Assembly: GCA_013151015.1 (NCBI GenBank)
Contig: JAADJA010000056.1
Coordinates: 1,524-65,523, forward strand
Direction of reading: 5' to 3'
DNA: 64,000 bases
Source of the DNA: Chlorobiota bacterium
GTDB taxonomy: Bacteria; Bacteroidota; Bacteroidia; Bacteroidales; JAADJA01
Positions 31,488-40,197 of the stretch are shown here, one piece after another. A model generated the notes under the pieces. That model made no database searches and was not told the DNA's origin. It was given only the letters and a program-made list of their open reading frames with translations. The first letter of the stretch is position 1, and every line of letters starts with the position of its first letter. Position numbers and translations under genes: made by a program.

Positions 31488-32514
31488 GATTTAACCGGTT
31501 TTTTGCCAAGATGATGGCCTCTTGCAGTTTTTGTTCAAGCAATTTCTTATCGGGCAACTTAGTTAAATACTCAGCTATTTTAATTTGTTTGTTGTTTTCG
31601 AGCATCAGATAGTTTATTTGTTCAGGTGATTTTTTGCTGCACAATATTATCCCAATTGGTTTGTTTTCTCCTTCACGCATTTCGTTTTGCTCCATCCAAC
31701 TCAAGTAGAGTTCCATTTGCCCTTTGTATGCAGCCCTGAACTTATCCAACTTTAAATCTATGACAATAAGCCTTTTCAATCCCCTATGATAGAATAATAA
31801 GTCAATGTAAAAATCCTCATTGTCAATGATAATTCGTTTTTGCCGAGCTAAAAAAGCAAAATCACTTCCCAATTCCGAAATGAAGTCCTGAAGGTTTTTA
31901 AGAATTGCACTTTCAAGGTCTTTTTCGCTGTAAGTGTCATGTAATCCCAGAAAATCAAGAAAATATGGATCCTTAAAAGTTAAATCGGGGGTAATCCTTT
32001 TTTCCCTTTCCAACTGGCTAAGATCGTCAATAATGGTTTGTTCGGGTTTTTTGCTGATAGCGGTACGTTCATAGAGCATTGTACTTATTCGCCCCTGTAA
32101 AGTCCTGACACTCCAACGTTCGTGTTTGCATAGTTGAATGTAAAATTCTCTTTTTAAGTTATCTTCAATGGTAATTAAATTACGTATATGTGTCCAACTC
32201 AATTGTGCACCCAGTGAGTGCACAATTTGAATGTCTGGATATAACTCGTAAAACTTCAAGAAGTTATGGATGTTCCTCTTACTGTACCCCTTTCCATAAA
32301 GTTGGGTTAAATCTTTACTTAATCCTGCAATTATTTGGCTGCCATAATTGGCCCTTTTGTTTTCCAGTATGTTTTCGCTTATTTGTTTCCCAATATTCCA
32401 ATATAAAAAGCTCAGTTCACTGTTAATTGTTGCAGCTACCCTGTTACGAGCATTATCAATAAGTGAAACGATCGAATTAAGCAGGTTGTTATTATTTGAT
32501 ATTATTTTGTTCAT
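31483..32514 (-). CDS. DUF1016/YhcG-family PDDEXK nuclease-domain protein
   Basis: It starts MNKIISNNNNLLNSIVSLIDNARNRVAATINSELSFLYWNIGKQI. The C-terminal nuclease core is FAFLARQKRIIIDNEDFYIDLLFYHRGLKRLIVIDLKLDKF. I prefer the start at 32514, because the track's extension lies inside the repeat. Confidence 0.75.
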   Translation of the reverse strand: MNKIISNNNNLLNSIVSLIDNARNRVAATINSELSFLYWNIGKQISENILENKRANYGSQIIAGLSKDLTQLYGKGYSKRNIHNFLKFYELYPDIQIVHSLGAQLSWTHIRNLITIEDNLKREFYIQLCKHERWSVRTLQGRISTMLYERTAISKKPEQTIIDDLSQLEREKRITPDLTFKDPYFLDFLGLHDTYSEKDLESAILKNLQDFISELGSDFAFLARQKRIIIDNEDFYIDLLFYHRGLKRLIVIDLKLDKFRAAYKGQMELYLSWMEQNEMREGENKPIGIILCSKKSPEQINYLMLENNKQIKIAEYLTKLPDKKLLEQKLQEAIILAKNRLNQ

Positions 32515-32563
32515 TGTTTCTGTTTTTAGTTCTCCCAGCCCTGAAGGGCCTGGCAACTCATAA
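32512..32563. repeat. Direct repeat copy B (DUF1016 start codon plus leader)
   Basis: The sequence is cat-tgtttctgtttttagttctcccagccctgaagggcctggcaactcataat. See copy A at 31438-31487. Confidence 0.8.
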
Positions 32564-32585
32564 TATCCAATTCGATAAAGACTTC

Positions 32586-33824
32586 TTATTCCCTTACAAT
32601 CCTTTTCCTTTTCTTCTTTGGTTTTTCAGTATTGGTATTGTTGGGGTTATCATTGTTCTTCTCCAATTCCTTTTTCTCGAACCACTCTTTTCTCCCTTCA
32701 AATATTTCATACTTGCAGAATGAGGTTTCGATGGGGCCGTTATAGAGCTTGATTTTCTTTGATGGTTTTAGGCCAACCTGCCTCAAGGCATTCTCATCGG
32801 AACTGAAAATCCAGGCGGAATAGCCGGCATAGTTTTTCTTCAGGTTATCACCAATCCCTTTGTAAAGTTTATTGATGTCGTCAACTTTGATCCTTTCCCC
32901 GTAGGGTGGATTGGTGATCATTACTCCTTTCCCTTCCGGCGGTTCACTGTCTTCCACATAACCAAGCCATAATTTTACCTGTTTTTCAAGATTGGCCGAT
33001 CTTACATTTTGACGGGCAACCTGTAAAATCTTTCCGGAACGGTCGGAGCCTATTATTTGATGGGTAAAACCAGTTTCGTTTTTCTTGGCATCCGCTTTTA
33101 CTTTTTCCCATAATCCTTCGTCAAAATCGCTCCAACGTTCAAAATTGAATTCTTCCCTGAAAAACCCAGCCGGGATATTCAGGGCCAACATAGCCGCTTC
33201 GATGGGGATGGTCCCCGAACCGCACATGGGATCGATGAAGTTGCTTTTTGCGTCCCAACCACTGAGTTGGATAAGGCCCGCTGCCAAAACTTCGTTGATG
33301 GGCGCCGGGCCGGTTTCCAGTCGGTAACCCCTTTTGTGCAACGATTCCCCTGAACTATCAAGCGATACGCTGCACCCATTCCTGAACAACCTGATGTTGA
33401 TTTTTACGTCCGGGTCGTCCGTATTGACATTGGGGCGCTTTCCGAATTTTCCACGGAACTGGTCTGCAATGGCATCCTTCGATTTAAGGGCAAGGTATTT
33501 CGAATGGTTGATATTGGAATAACTTGTTATGCCGTCAATGGCAAAAGTCCCTTTTAAACGGATATATTGCTCCCAGTCTATTTTAAAGATTTCATCATAA
33601 AGCTGTTGTTCGTCCCTTGCCTGGAAATTAGCGATGGGCATCAGAATCCTGAGTGCCGTGCGGCATTGGTAATTTGCTTTGTACATCAATTCGGTATTGC
33701 CTTCAAACTGTACCCCGCGGTTGATGGTTTTCAGGTTTTTTGCCCCAAGGCCCCTTAATTCTTTCCATAGGGTTTCTTCAAGGCCGGAAAAGGTTTTCGC
33801 AATATATGTTCGGGTTTCTGTCAT
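32586..33824 (-). CDS. THUMP-domain class I SAM-dependent RNA methyltransferase (RlmL/UPF0020-like) with a Lys-rich tail
   Basis: It has DPMCGSGTIPIEA (the SAM motif) and ITNPPYGERI. The C-terminal tail is EKPKKKRKRIVRE. I prefer the start at 33824. Confidence 0.8.
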   Translation of the reverse strand: MTETRTYIAKTFSGLEETLWKELRGLGAKNLKTINRGVQFEGNTELMYKANYQCRTALRILMPIANFQARDEQQLYDEIFKIDWEQYIRLKGTFAIDGITSYSNINHSKYLALKSKDAIADQFRGKFGKRPNVNTDDPDVKINIRLFRNGCSVSLDSSGESLHKRGYRLETGPAPINEVLAAGLIQLSGWDAKSNFIDPMCGSGTIPIEAAMLALNIPAGFFREEFNFERWSDFDEGLWEKVKADAKKNETGFTHQIIGSDRSGKILQVARQNVRSANLEKQVKLWLGYVEDSEPPEGKGVMITNPPYGERIKVDDINKLYKGIGDNLKKNYAGYSAWIFSSDENALRQVGLKPSKKIKLYNGPIETSFCKYEIFEGRKEWFEKKELEKNNDNPNNTNTEKPKKKRKRIVRE

Positions 33825-33850
33825 GGATAGTGTTTCAATGCGTGAATGAA

Positions 33851-33912
33851 TCAATGCTTCAAGGCTATAATAATTCAATGCTTCAAGGCTTCAATACTAT
33901 AATGATTCAATG
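33851..33912. repeat. Tandem TCAATG-containing repeats in a divergent intergenic region
   Basis: tcaatgcttcaaggct occurs at 33851-33866 and again at 33875-33890, a period of 24 bp. Partial copies follow: tcaatact and ttcaatgatttc. Confidence 0.8.
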
Positions 33913-33976
33913 ATTTCATCACAAGTTTCGGCAAAAATACCCATATTTGTACAATTGTTTCAGAATAAAAATAATC

Positions 33977-34306
33977 ATGACAATCAAAGAAGCACAGGAC
34001 ACGGTTGATAAGTGGATAAACACCACAGGCATAAGGTATTTCAACGAACTTACCAATATGGCCATCCTTACTGAGGAAGTAGGGGAGGTGGCCCGGATTA
34101 TTTCACGAAAGTACGGTGAACAGTCATTCAAGAAATCGGATGAGAACCTTGACCTGGCCGATGAGTTTGCCGATGTGCTTTTTGTCTTGATTTGCCTTGC
34201 CAACCAAACCGGGGTGGACTTGACCGAAGCATTGAAGAAAAACCTTGAGAAGAAAACGATCAGGGATTCACAGCGCCATAGTGAAAATGAGAAACTGAAT
34301 AAATAA
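33977..34306 (+). CDS. Small MazG-like nucleotide pyrophosphohydrolase
   Basis: It contains ILTEEVGEVARI (an EExxE motif) and LADEFADVLFVLICLAN. Confidence 0.7.
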   Translation: MTIKEAQDTVDKWINTTGIRYFNELTNMAILTEEVGEVARIISRKYGEQSFKKSDENLDLADEFADVLFVLICLANQTGVDLTEALKKNLEKKTIRDSQRHSENEKLNK

Positions 34307-34310
34307 TAGG

Positions 34311-35000
34311 ATGAAAAGGGCTATAGTTAAAATAGTAAAATGGTTTTTTTGCCTCGGTGGGGTTTTGGCTTTTGTCCTGCTCTTATTGAGTTTTACAGAT
34401 ATCCCATACTATGCCTATCATGGGTTGGGGATCGTGAACTCGGAGTTAAAGGGCAATCCCGATGTTATCGTAATCCCCGGTGGGAGCGGGATGCCATGTG
34501 CAGATGGATTGATAAGGACATATTATGGGGCAATTGCCGCCAATCACTTTCCCGATGCCAGGATAATCATCGCACTTCCTTATGATACGGGGGTAGATAG
34601 TTTGTTGCAGTTGAACTTGATGGCAAGGGAACTGATCCTGAAAGGCGTTGATTCGACGAGGATTGCTTTTGAACCATTGGGTTTTAATACTTGGTCGCAG
34701 GCAATCAATATCGGGAAAATGCCGGAGGTTGATAAAAGTGATTTGTCAATCCTGATCGTGACTTCTCCCGAGCATGTTTATAGGGCTGTTAAGACCTACG
34801 AAAAGGCCGGTTTTCCACGTGTGTTTTCAATGGCGGCTTTTGAAAAACCCATCGACGAGGAAAAATTGGGCAGCAAGGGTAAAATGAAAGGCCTTAACCT
34901 CTCGGTCAGGTACAATATGTGGAGTTACCTGAATTACGAATTATTGGTTCTGAAAGAATATGTGGCAATAGTTTACTATAAATTGAAAGGTTGGATTTAA
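34311..35000 (+). CDS. YdcF/DUF218-family (SanA/ElyC-like) protein
   Basis: It has an N-terminal TM anchor. It contains DVIVIPGGSG and IVTSPEHVYRAV, which are typical of DUF218. Confidence 0.6.
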   Translation: MKRAIVKIVKWFFCLGGVLAFVLLLLSFTDIPYYAYHGLGIVNSELKGNPDVIVIPGGSGMPCADGLIRTYYGAIAANHFPDARIIIALPYDTGVDSLLQLNLMARELILKGVDSTRIAFEPLGFNTWSQAINIGKMPEVDKSDLSILIVTSPEHVYRAVKTYEKAGFPRVFSMAAFEKPIDEEKLGSKGKMKGLNLSVRYNMWSYLNYELLVLKEYVAIVYYKLKGWI

Positions 35001-35146
35001 CTTTTTTGTTCGGGAACGGACAATCCGTGTTCGATGATATTACACCTGTTATTTGCCTTGAGAATCAAAACACATGTTAAATTTCTGGTTTCAAGGAATT
35101 TGATTTTCATAGCATAATTTTTGACCACGATTTGTCTTCTTAATCT

Positions 35147-36631
35147 ATGCATATGGTTTACAGATTTTTTCTTCGTCATCAATGGAAAGAAATGACACGT
35201 TCCCCCTTCTGGCAAAAAAACATTGTCCTGAATATCCTTTTAGGGATACTTGTTGGTATCATGTTGCTTTATTTGCTTGTCCTAGGTCTTTTTATCGACA
35301 AAATCTTGATGGAACTTTTTCCCGACAAAGACCCGATAATGGTATTCAATGGGATAATCATCTATTATTTTGCCTTTGAATTTTTTATCCGGTTTTTTAT
35401 GCAATCCCTTCCCACGCTGAACATCGAAACCTATTTGCACCTTCCCATTAAAAAATCGGCCATTGTCCATTATGTTTCGTCCAAATCCATTTTTGCCATA
35501 GGGAATTATCTGAGTTGGCTCGTGTTTTTCCCTTTTGCGTTTAAGGTAATTGCCCCGGCTTATTCGGTCGCAACGGCCTGGGCTTGGGCTGTGATGATGG
35601 TCTTGCTTATTTTTAGCAACAACTTTTTGGCGACCTATATAAAGCGCCAACTTGCCAACAAGCCTTCCATCGTTGGGTTTTTCGGATTGGGTTTGGTGGC
35701 ATTTATCCTGTTTGATTATTTTGGGGTTATTTCGCTTACTGCCCTTTCATCACAGGTGTTTGGGTTGATATTAAAGAACTATTTGTTTCTCCTGCCTGTA
35801 TTTGTAATTTTAATATTCACCTATTCCCTCAATTGTTTTTTCCTGAAGGCGAAGCTTTACCCCGATGAAATCATTTCGAAAAAGAAGGGGAAAGTCGATT
35901 CGCTGGCCAATATCAAATATTTAAAAACACTTGGGTTGACCGGGCGTTTTATTTCCTTGGACCTACGATTGCTTTGGAGGCACAAACGGACACGTTCGAT
36001 AATTTTTATGGCGCCCTTATTTCTTGGGTATGGCTTGGTCTTCTATCCAAACCAGCAGCTTAATAATGGTTATAGCTTCCTGATTTTTGTGGGGATTTTC
36101 ATGACGGGCGGGATGATGATGAATTACCTGAATTATTGTTTTAGTTACGAAAGCAATTATTTTGATAATATCCTTGCAAATTACAGGGATTTTGAAGCCT
36201 ATATAAAGGCGAAATACATTCTGGCGGTCACGGTGTCAACGATCAGTTATATCATAACCATCCCGTATGTTTTTTTCAGTACCGATATCCTGTTGATAAA
36301 CACGATGACCTGGTTGTACAATCTTGGTTTTCTTTCTTTTGTGCTGTACTATTTTGCCACGTTCACAAAAAAGAGGATGGATTTGAGCCGGGGCGCGGCT
36401 TTTAATTATCAGGGCTTGGGGGCAACACACTGGCTTTCGATGTTGCCAGCATTCTTATTGCCGGTTTTGATCTATGTCCCCTTTAATTTATTGGGATATT
36501 CCAGGGCTGGCTTGTTGTTCATTGGCGCTATTGGGATTGCTGGTTTGTTGTTCCACAAATCCATGCTCAGTCTTGTGTTAAAACAGTTTTTAAAAAGGAA
36601 ACATGTCATGGCGGCCGGGTTTAGGGAATGA
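35147..36631 (+). CDS. Polytopic membrane protein, putative permease partner of the downstream ABC ATPase (DUF5687-like)
   Basis: 494 aa with about 12 hydrophobic segments. It is co-directional with, and directly upstream of, an ABC ATP-binding gene. Confidence 0.5.
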   Translation: MHMVYRFFLRHQWKEMTRSPFWQKNIVLNILLGILVGIMLLYLLVLGLFIDKILMELFPDKDPIMVFNGIIIYYFAFEFFIRFFMQSLPTLNIETYLHLPIKKSAIVHYVSSKSIFAIGNYLSWLVFFPFAFKVIAPAYSVATAWAWAVMMVLLIFSNNFLATYIKRQLANKPSIVGFFGLGLVAFILFDYFGVISLTALSSQVFGLILKNYLFLLPVFVILIFTYSLNCFFLKAKLYPDEIISKKKGKVDSLANIKYLKTLGLTGRFISLDLRLLWRHKRTRSIIFMAPLFLGYGLVFYPNQQLNNGYSFLIFVGIFMTGGMMMNYLNYCFSYESNYFDNILANYRDFEAYIKAKYILAVTVSTISYIITIPYVFFSTDILLINTMTWLYNLGFLSFVLYYFATFTKKRMDLSRGAAFNYQGLGATHWLSMLPAFLLPVLIYVPFNLLGYSRAGLLFIGAIGIAGLLFHKSMLSLVLKQFLKRKHVMAAGFRE

Positions 36632-36655
36632 TGAATTGGTAAGTTATGGCATAGT

Positions 36656-36726
36656 AAATTACAACAAATTACAGCGAAGCGAATTACGCACGTGGTGCAA
36701 ATTACACAAGGTAAATTACAATTACA
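36656..36726. repeat. Array of six (A)AATTAC(A/G) motifs between the permease and ATPase genes
   Basis: aaattaca occurs at 36656, 36666, 36699 and 36713. gaattacg is at 36681 and aattaca at 36720. Confidence 0.8.
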
Positions 36727-36731
36727 TAATC

Positions 36732-37430
36732 ATGATAGAAATACAAAATCTTACAAAAGTTTATGGAGGTGAAACCGTATTGGATATTTCATTGTTGAAG
36801 ATAAACAAAGGTGATGGCTTTGGGCTTGTGGGGAACAATGGCGCAGGGAAGACCACCTTGTTCAGGTTGATCCTTGATTTGATCAGGGCGAATTCGGGAA
36901 CGGTGCTTTCCAATGGCAAAGATGTAAAAACAAGCAATGAATGGAAGTATTATACCGGTTCCTATCTCGATCAACGCTTCCTGATTGATTTCCTGACGCC
37001 CGAAGAATATTTTGAGTTCCTGAACGGGATCTATGGTTTATCAAAAGGCGACCTTGAAAAGTTCTATTTGGATTTTGCCGGTTTCTTCAATGACGAAATA
37101 CTGGGGAAGAAAAAGTATATCCGTGATTTTTCCCAGGGGAACAGGCAAAAAGTGGGAATTGCTGCAGCATTGATGGCAAAACCTGAAGTGCTGATCCTTG
37201 ACGAGCCTTTCAACGGCCTTGACCCATCCACCCAGATCCGCCTAAAGAACTTATTGAATAAACTGAAAAGTGACAAGGAAATTACGATTCTCGTCTCAAG
37301 CCACGACCTGAAACATGTTACCGAAGTTTGCGACCGGATCGCCGTCCTCGAAAAAGGGGCGATCATCCACGACATAAAAACGAGCCAGGGGACACTGAAA
37401 GAATTGGAAGGGTATTTTTCGGTATCGTAG
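36732..37430 (+). CDS. ABC transporter ATP-binding protein
   Basis: It starts MIEIQNLTKVYGG. It has Walker A (GNNGAGKTT), a signature-like motif (FSQGNRQKV) and Walker B (LILDEPFNGLD). I prefer the ATG at 36732. Confidence 0.85.
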   Translation: MIEIQNLTKVYGGETVLDISLLKINKGDGFGLVGNNGAGKTTLFRLILDLIRANSGTVLSNGKDVKTSNEWKYYTGSYLDQRFLIDFLTPEEYFEFLNGIYGLSKGDLEKFYLDFAGFFNDEILGKKKYIRDFSQGNRQKVGIAAALMAKPEVLILDEPFNGLDPSTQIRLKNLLNKLKSDKEITILVSSHDLKHVTEVCDRIAVLEKGAIIHDIKTSQGTLKELEGYFSVS

Positions 37431-38255
37431 TCAATCATAGTCCCACAAAGCCGTCTGGATGTTGAAAAGGTGTTTTGTGATTTCATCTTTCATTTGGTCT
37501 CTTTCAGAAACGATATACCTCTTAAGCTCTATGTAGTCATCTGTGCCCCTTCCATCTTTTGCATCAAAAAAATGGTTCAAATAATGGAGGGAGTTTACCC
37601 TGTCGTGCCAATTGCCGATTTGCTGTTCTCTTTCCCGCATGGTTTCGGGGGACATTCCCAGGATTTGGTGCCAGCCCGATAATTCAATGAGTATGGGGTA
37701 TAAATAATAAAGCTGTTTTAGGATAGTCCTGTTTTTATGGATTCGTTTGATGGTTTTCCCTTTTTCGTTAAGCTTGATAAGGGCATTTGATTTTTGTTTG
37801 ACAAAACTGCGGGCTTTTAATTGTATTTCTTCTTGGTTGATTGAATTCAGGGCCTCGTCAAATGATTCATCATCAAATAAGCTGTCATCTCCGGCCAGGG
37901 GGCTTTGTTTTAAATGGGTGATTTCCCTTTGCCCTTTTTCGATAAGGTATTCGCTGTAATCGATAAATTTGAGGCACAGCTTTGTTTCATATTCATAAAC
38001 AAGCATTTCTTCCACCTGCAATTCCCTGATATCGCCCACAGACTTGAATACCTTCCTCCCTTTTTTCAATTGCTTTTTGGCAATGAATTTTCCATCCGTC
38101 AAAACTTCCACAAGTTGGAACAAGGCCCTCAGCCGTTTCATGCTTGTCCGCATTTTGTGTATGGCCCCGGCATTGGAAGTCTCTTTGGCAAGAAGGAAGT
38201 TTTCTTCAAAAAGTGATTTGTGCCCGATGTAATAATCCTTGATGATTTGTGTCAT
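37431..38255 (-). CDS. CHAD-domain protein
   Basis: It is helical and contains the AIHKMRTSMKRLRALFQLV motif typical of CHAD. A second helix-pair repeat follows. Confidence 0.6.
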   Translation of the reverse strand: MTQIIKDYYIGHKSLFEENFLLAKETSNAGAIHKMRTSMKRLRALFQLVEVLTDGKFIAKKQLKKGRKVFKSVGDIRELQVEEMLVYEYETKLCLKFIDYSEYLIEKGQREITHLKQSPLAGDDSLFDDESFDEALNSINQEEIQLKARSFVKQKSNALIKLNEKGKTIKRIHKNRTILKQLYYLYPILIELSGWHQILGMSPETMREREQQIGNWHDRVNSLHYLNHFFDAKDGRGTDDYIELKRYIVSERDQMKDEITKHLFNIQTALWDYD

Positions 38256-38459
38256 TTTTGCCGGAAAAGTTTAAGGACATAAAAATAAACAAAATAAATG
38301 GTTTTTCTTTCGTCTCGGATAAACAAATAAGATATTTCTTTGTTACAGCGATTGAATAAGTGATTTGTCGGTGAGCGTAATTTGCCGGCAATTATTTTCA
38401 CATTCGATATGCACGAATATGCAAATCGAATTATTGTTTTTACTTAAAATATACACAAA

Positions 38460-40088
38460 ATGAACAACGCAATATTTGATTTTACAAAACCTGAGAATGA
38501 ACCTGTCCAGACCTATCTTCCTGGAAGCAACGAACGTACACTTTTGATGGAAGAGCTTGAAAGGCAAAGCAGTCAGCAAATCGAAATTCCTTTGATAATT
38601 GGTGGGAAAGAGATTAAAACGGGCAATACGGCAAATGTGGTGATGCCCCATGACCACAAACATATTTTGGCAACCTTTCATAAAGCACGAAAAGAAGATG
38701 TGGAACTGGCCATCGAATCTGCCATGAAGGCGAAAGAACTATGGATGGATATATCATGGATCGAGCGGGCATCCATTATGTACAAAGCTGCCGATTTGAT
38801 TTCCAAAAAATACCGTTATGTCCTTAATGCCGCCACCATGTTGGGACAAAATAAAAATGCCTATCAGGCCGAAATTGATGCTGCCTGTGAAACCATTGAT
38901 TTCTTGAGGTTCAATGTCCATTTTGCTTCAGAGATATTCAATAATCAACCGGGCCTTGGTGAAAACAATATCAACCGATTGGAATACCGTTCACTTGAGG
39001 GTTTCGTGTTTACGGTTTCCCCATTTAATTTTACGGCCATCGCCTCCAACCTCAATACCTCTGTTGTGATGATGGGAAATACCACCGTATGGAAACCTGC
39101 TACTACCTCACTTTTATCGAGTTATTATTTGATGAAGATATTCAAGGAGGCCGGGATGCCCGATGGTGTCATTAATTTTGTTCCGGGCTCCGGGGCGATG
39201 ATCGGTGATATTGTCCTGCATCACCGTGATTTGGCAGGGATCCATTTTACAGGTTCCACGGCTACATTCAACCACTTATGGAAAACGGTCGGGAACAATG
39301 TGGCCAATTACAAATCCTATCCGAAACTCGTGGGCGAAACAGGTGGCAAGGATTTTATTTTTGCGCACAATTCCGCCGATCCCATCGAGCTGGCAACGGC
39401 CATCGTAAGCGGTGCTTTTGAGTACCAGGGCCAAAAGTGCTCTGCGGCTTCACGTGCCTATATCCCAAAATCCATTTTTGAGGAGACAAAGAAACATATT
39501 ATCGAAAAAGTAGCAGCCATGAAGATAGGTGATGTGGCCGATCTGGATAATTTCATCAATGCGGTTATTGATGAAAGCTCTTTTGACAATATCATGTCTT
39601 ACATAAAATATGCAAATGAATCGGCGGACGCTGAAATTATTGCTGGCGGGAACGGGGACAAGTCAAAGGGCTATTTTATTGAACCAACGCTTATCCTTAC
39701 GACGGACCCACATTTTAAAACGATGGAAGAGGAAATATTCGGGCCGGTAATGACCCTGTATGTTTACGAAGATGACAAATTTGATGAAACACTTGAACTC
39801 TGCGACAGCACTTCCCCTTATGCACTTACAGGTTCCATATTTGCCCGTGATAAATATGCCATTGTCAAAGCTTGCAAGGCGTTGCGCTATGCTGCCGGCA
39901 ATTTTTATTACAACGATAAACCAAGTGGTGCCATGGTTGGCCAGCAACCTTTTGGAGGGGCACGTGGCTCGGGAACAAACGATAAAGCAGGAAGTTCCCT
40001 CAACCTGCTACGTTGGGTAAGCCCGCGGACAATCAAGGAAACCCTGATTTCGCCCACCGATTTCAAGTACGGGTATATGGTGGATTAG
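38460..40088 (+). CDS. pruA: L-glutamate gamma-semialdehyde (1-pyrroline-5-carboxylate) dehydrogenase
   Basis: 542 aa of the aldehyde dehydrogenase superfamily. It has VGETGGKDF and the catalytic Cys block FEYQGQKCSAASR. Confidence 0.85.
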   Translation: MNNAIFDFTKPENEPVQTYLPGSNERTLLMEELERQSSQQIEIPLIIGGKEIKTGNTANVVMPHDHKHILATFHKARKEDVELAIESAMKAKELWMDISWIERASIMYKAADLISKKYRYVLNAATMLGQNKNAYQAEIDAACETIDFLRFNVHFASEIFNNQPGLGENNINRLEYRSLEGFVFTVSPFNFTAIASNLNTSVVMMGNTTVWKPATTSLLSSYYLMKIFKEAGMPDGVINFVPGSGAMIGDIVLHHRDLAGIHFTGSTATFNHLWKTVGNNVANYKSYPKLVGETGGKDFIFAHNSADPIELATAIVSGAFEYQGQKCSAASRAYIPKSIFEETKKHIIEKVAAMKIGDVADLDNFINAVIDESSFDNIMSYIKYANESADAEIIAGGNGDKSKGYFIEPTLILTTDPHFKTMEEEIFGPVMTLYVYEDDKFDETLELCDSTSPYALTGSIFARDKYAIVKACKALRYAAGNFYYNDKPSGAMVGQQPFGGARGSGTNDKAGSSLNLLRWVSPRTIKETLISPTDFKYGYMVD

Positions 40089-40114
40089 AAAAAATCTAAT
40101 CTTTTTTTAAGATG

Positions 40115-40158
40115 GTCATGTTGAGCTTTGAAACACATTTCGACAGGCTCAATGTGAC
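40115..40158. repeat. REP-like palindromic element, same family as 7195-7256
   Basis: The arms are gtcatgttgagc (40115-40126) and gctcaatgtgac (40147-40158). The right arm sits within tttcgacaggctcaatgtgac. Confidence 0.55.
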
Positions 40159-40192
40159 CTCGTTGGTGTGAGAATGTGACCTCGTTGGTGTG
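40151..40192. repeat. Perfect 20-bp tandem direct repeat
   Basis: aatgtgacctcgttggtgtg occurs at 40151-40170 and again at 40173-40192, separated by ag. Confidence 0.9.
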
Positions 40193-40197
40193 TGAGT

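Noticed and set aside
32515-32556. The N-terminal extension MPGPSGLGELKTET of the DUF1016 ORF. Similar extensions occur at 33825..33878 on the methyltransferase and at 21062..21109 on the PyrD-like gene.
   Set aside because: The extensions fall in repeat or leader DNA and add non-homologous residues. Internal ATGs coincide with the conserved family N-termini.
36603-36731. The ORF-track N-terminal extension of the ABC ATPase, which overlaps the permease gene end.
   Set aside because: The extension is simply the AATTACA repeat array translated (NYNKLQRSELRTWCKLHKVNYNYII). The ABC homology, with Walker A at the normal distance, begins at the ATG at 36732.
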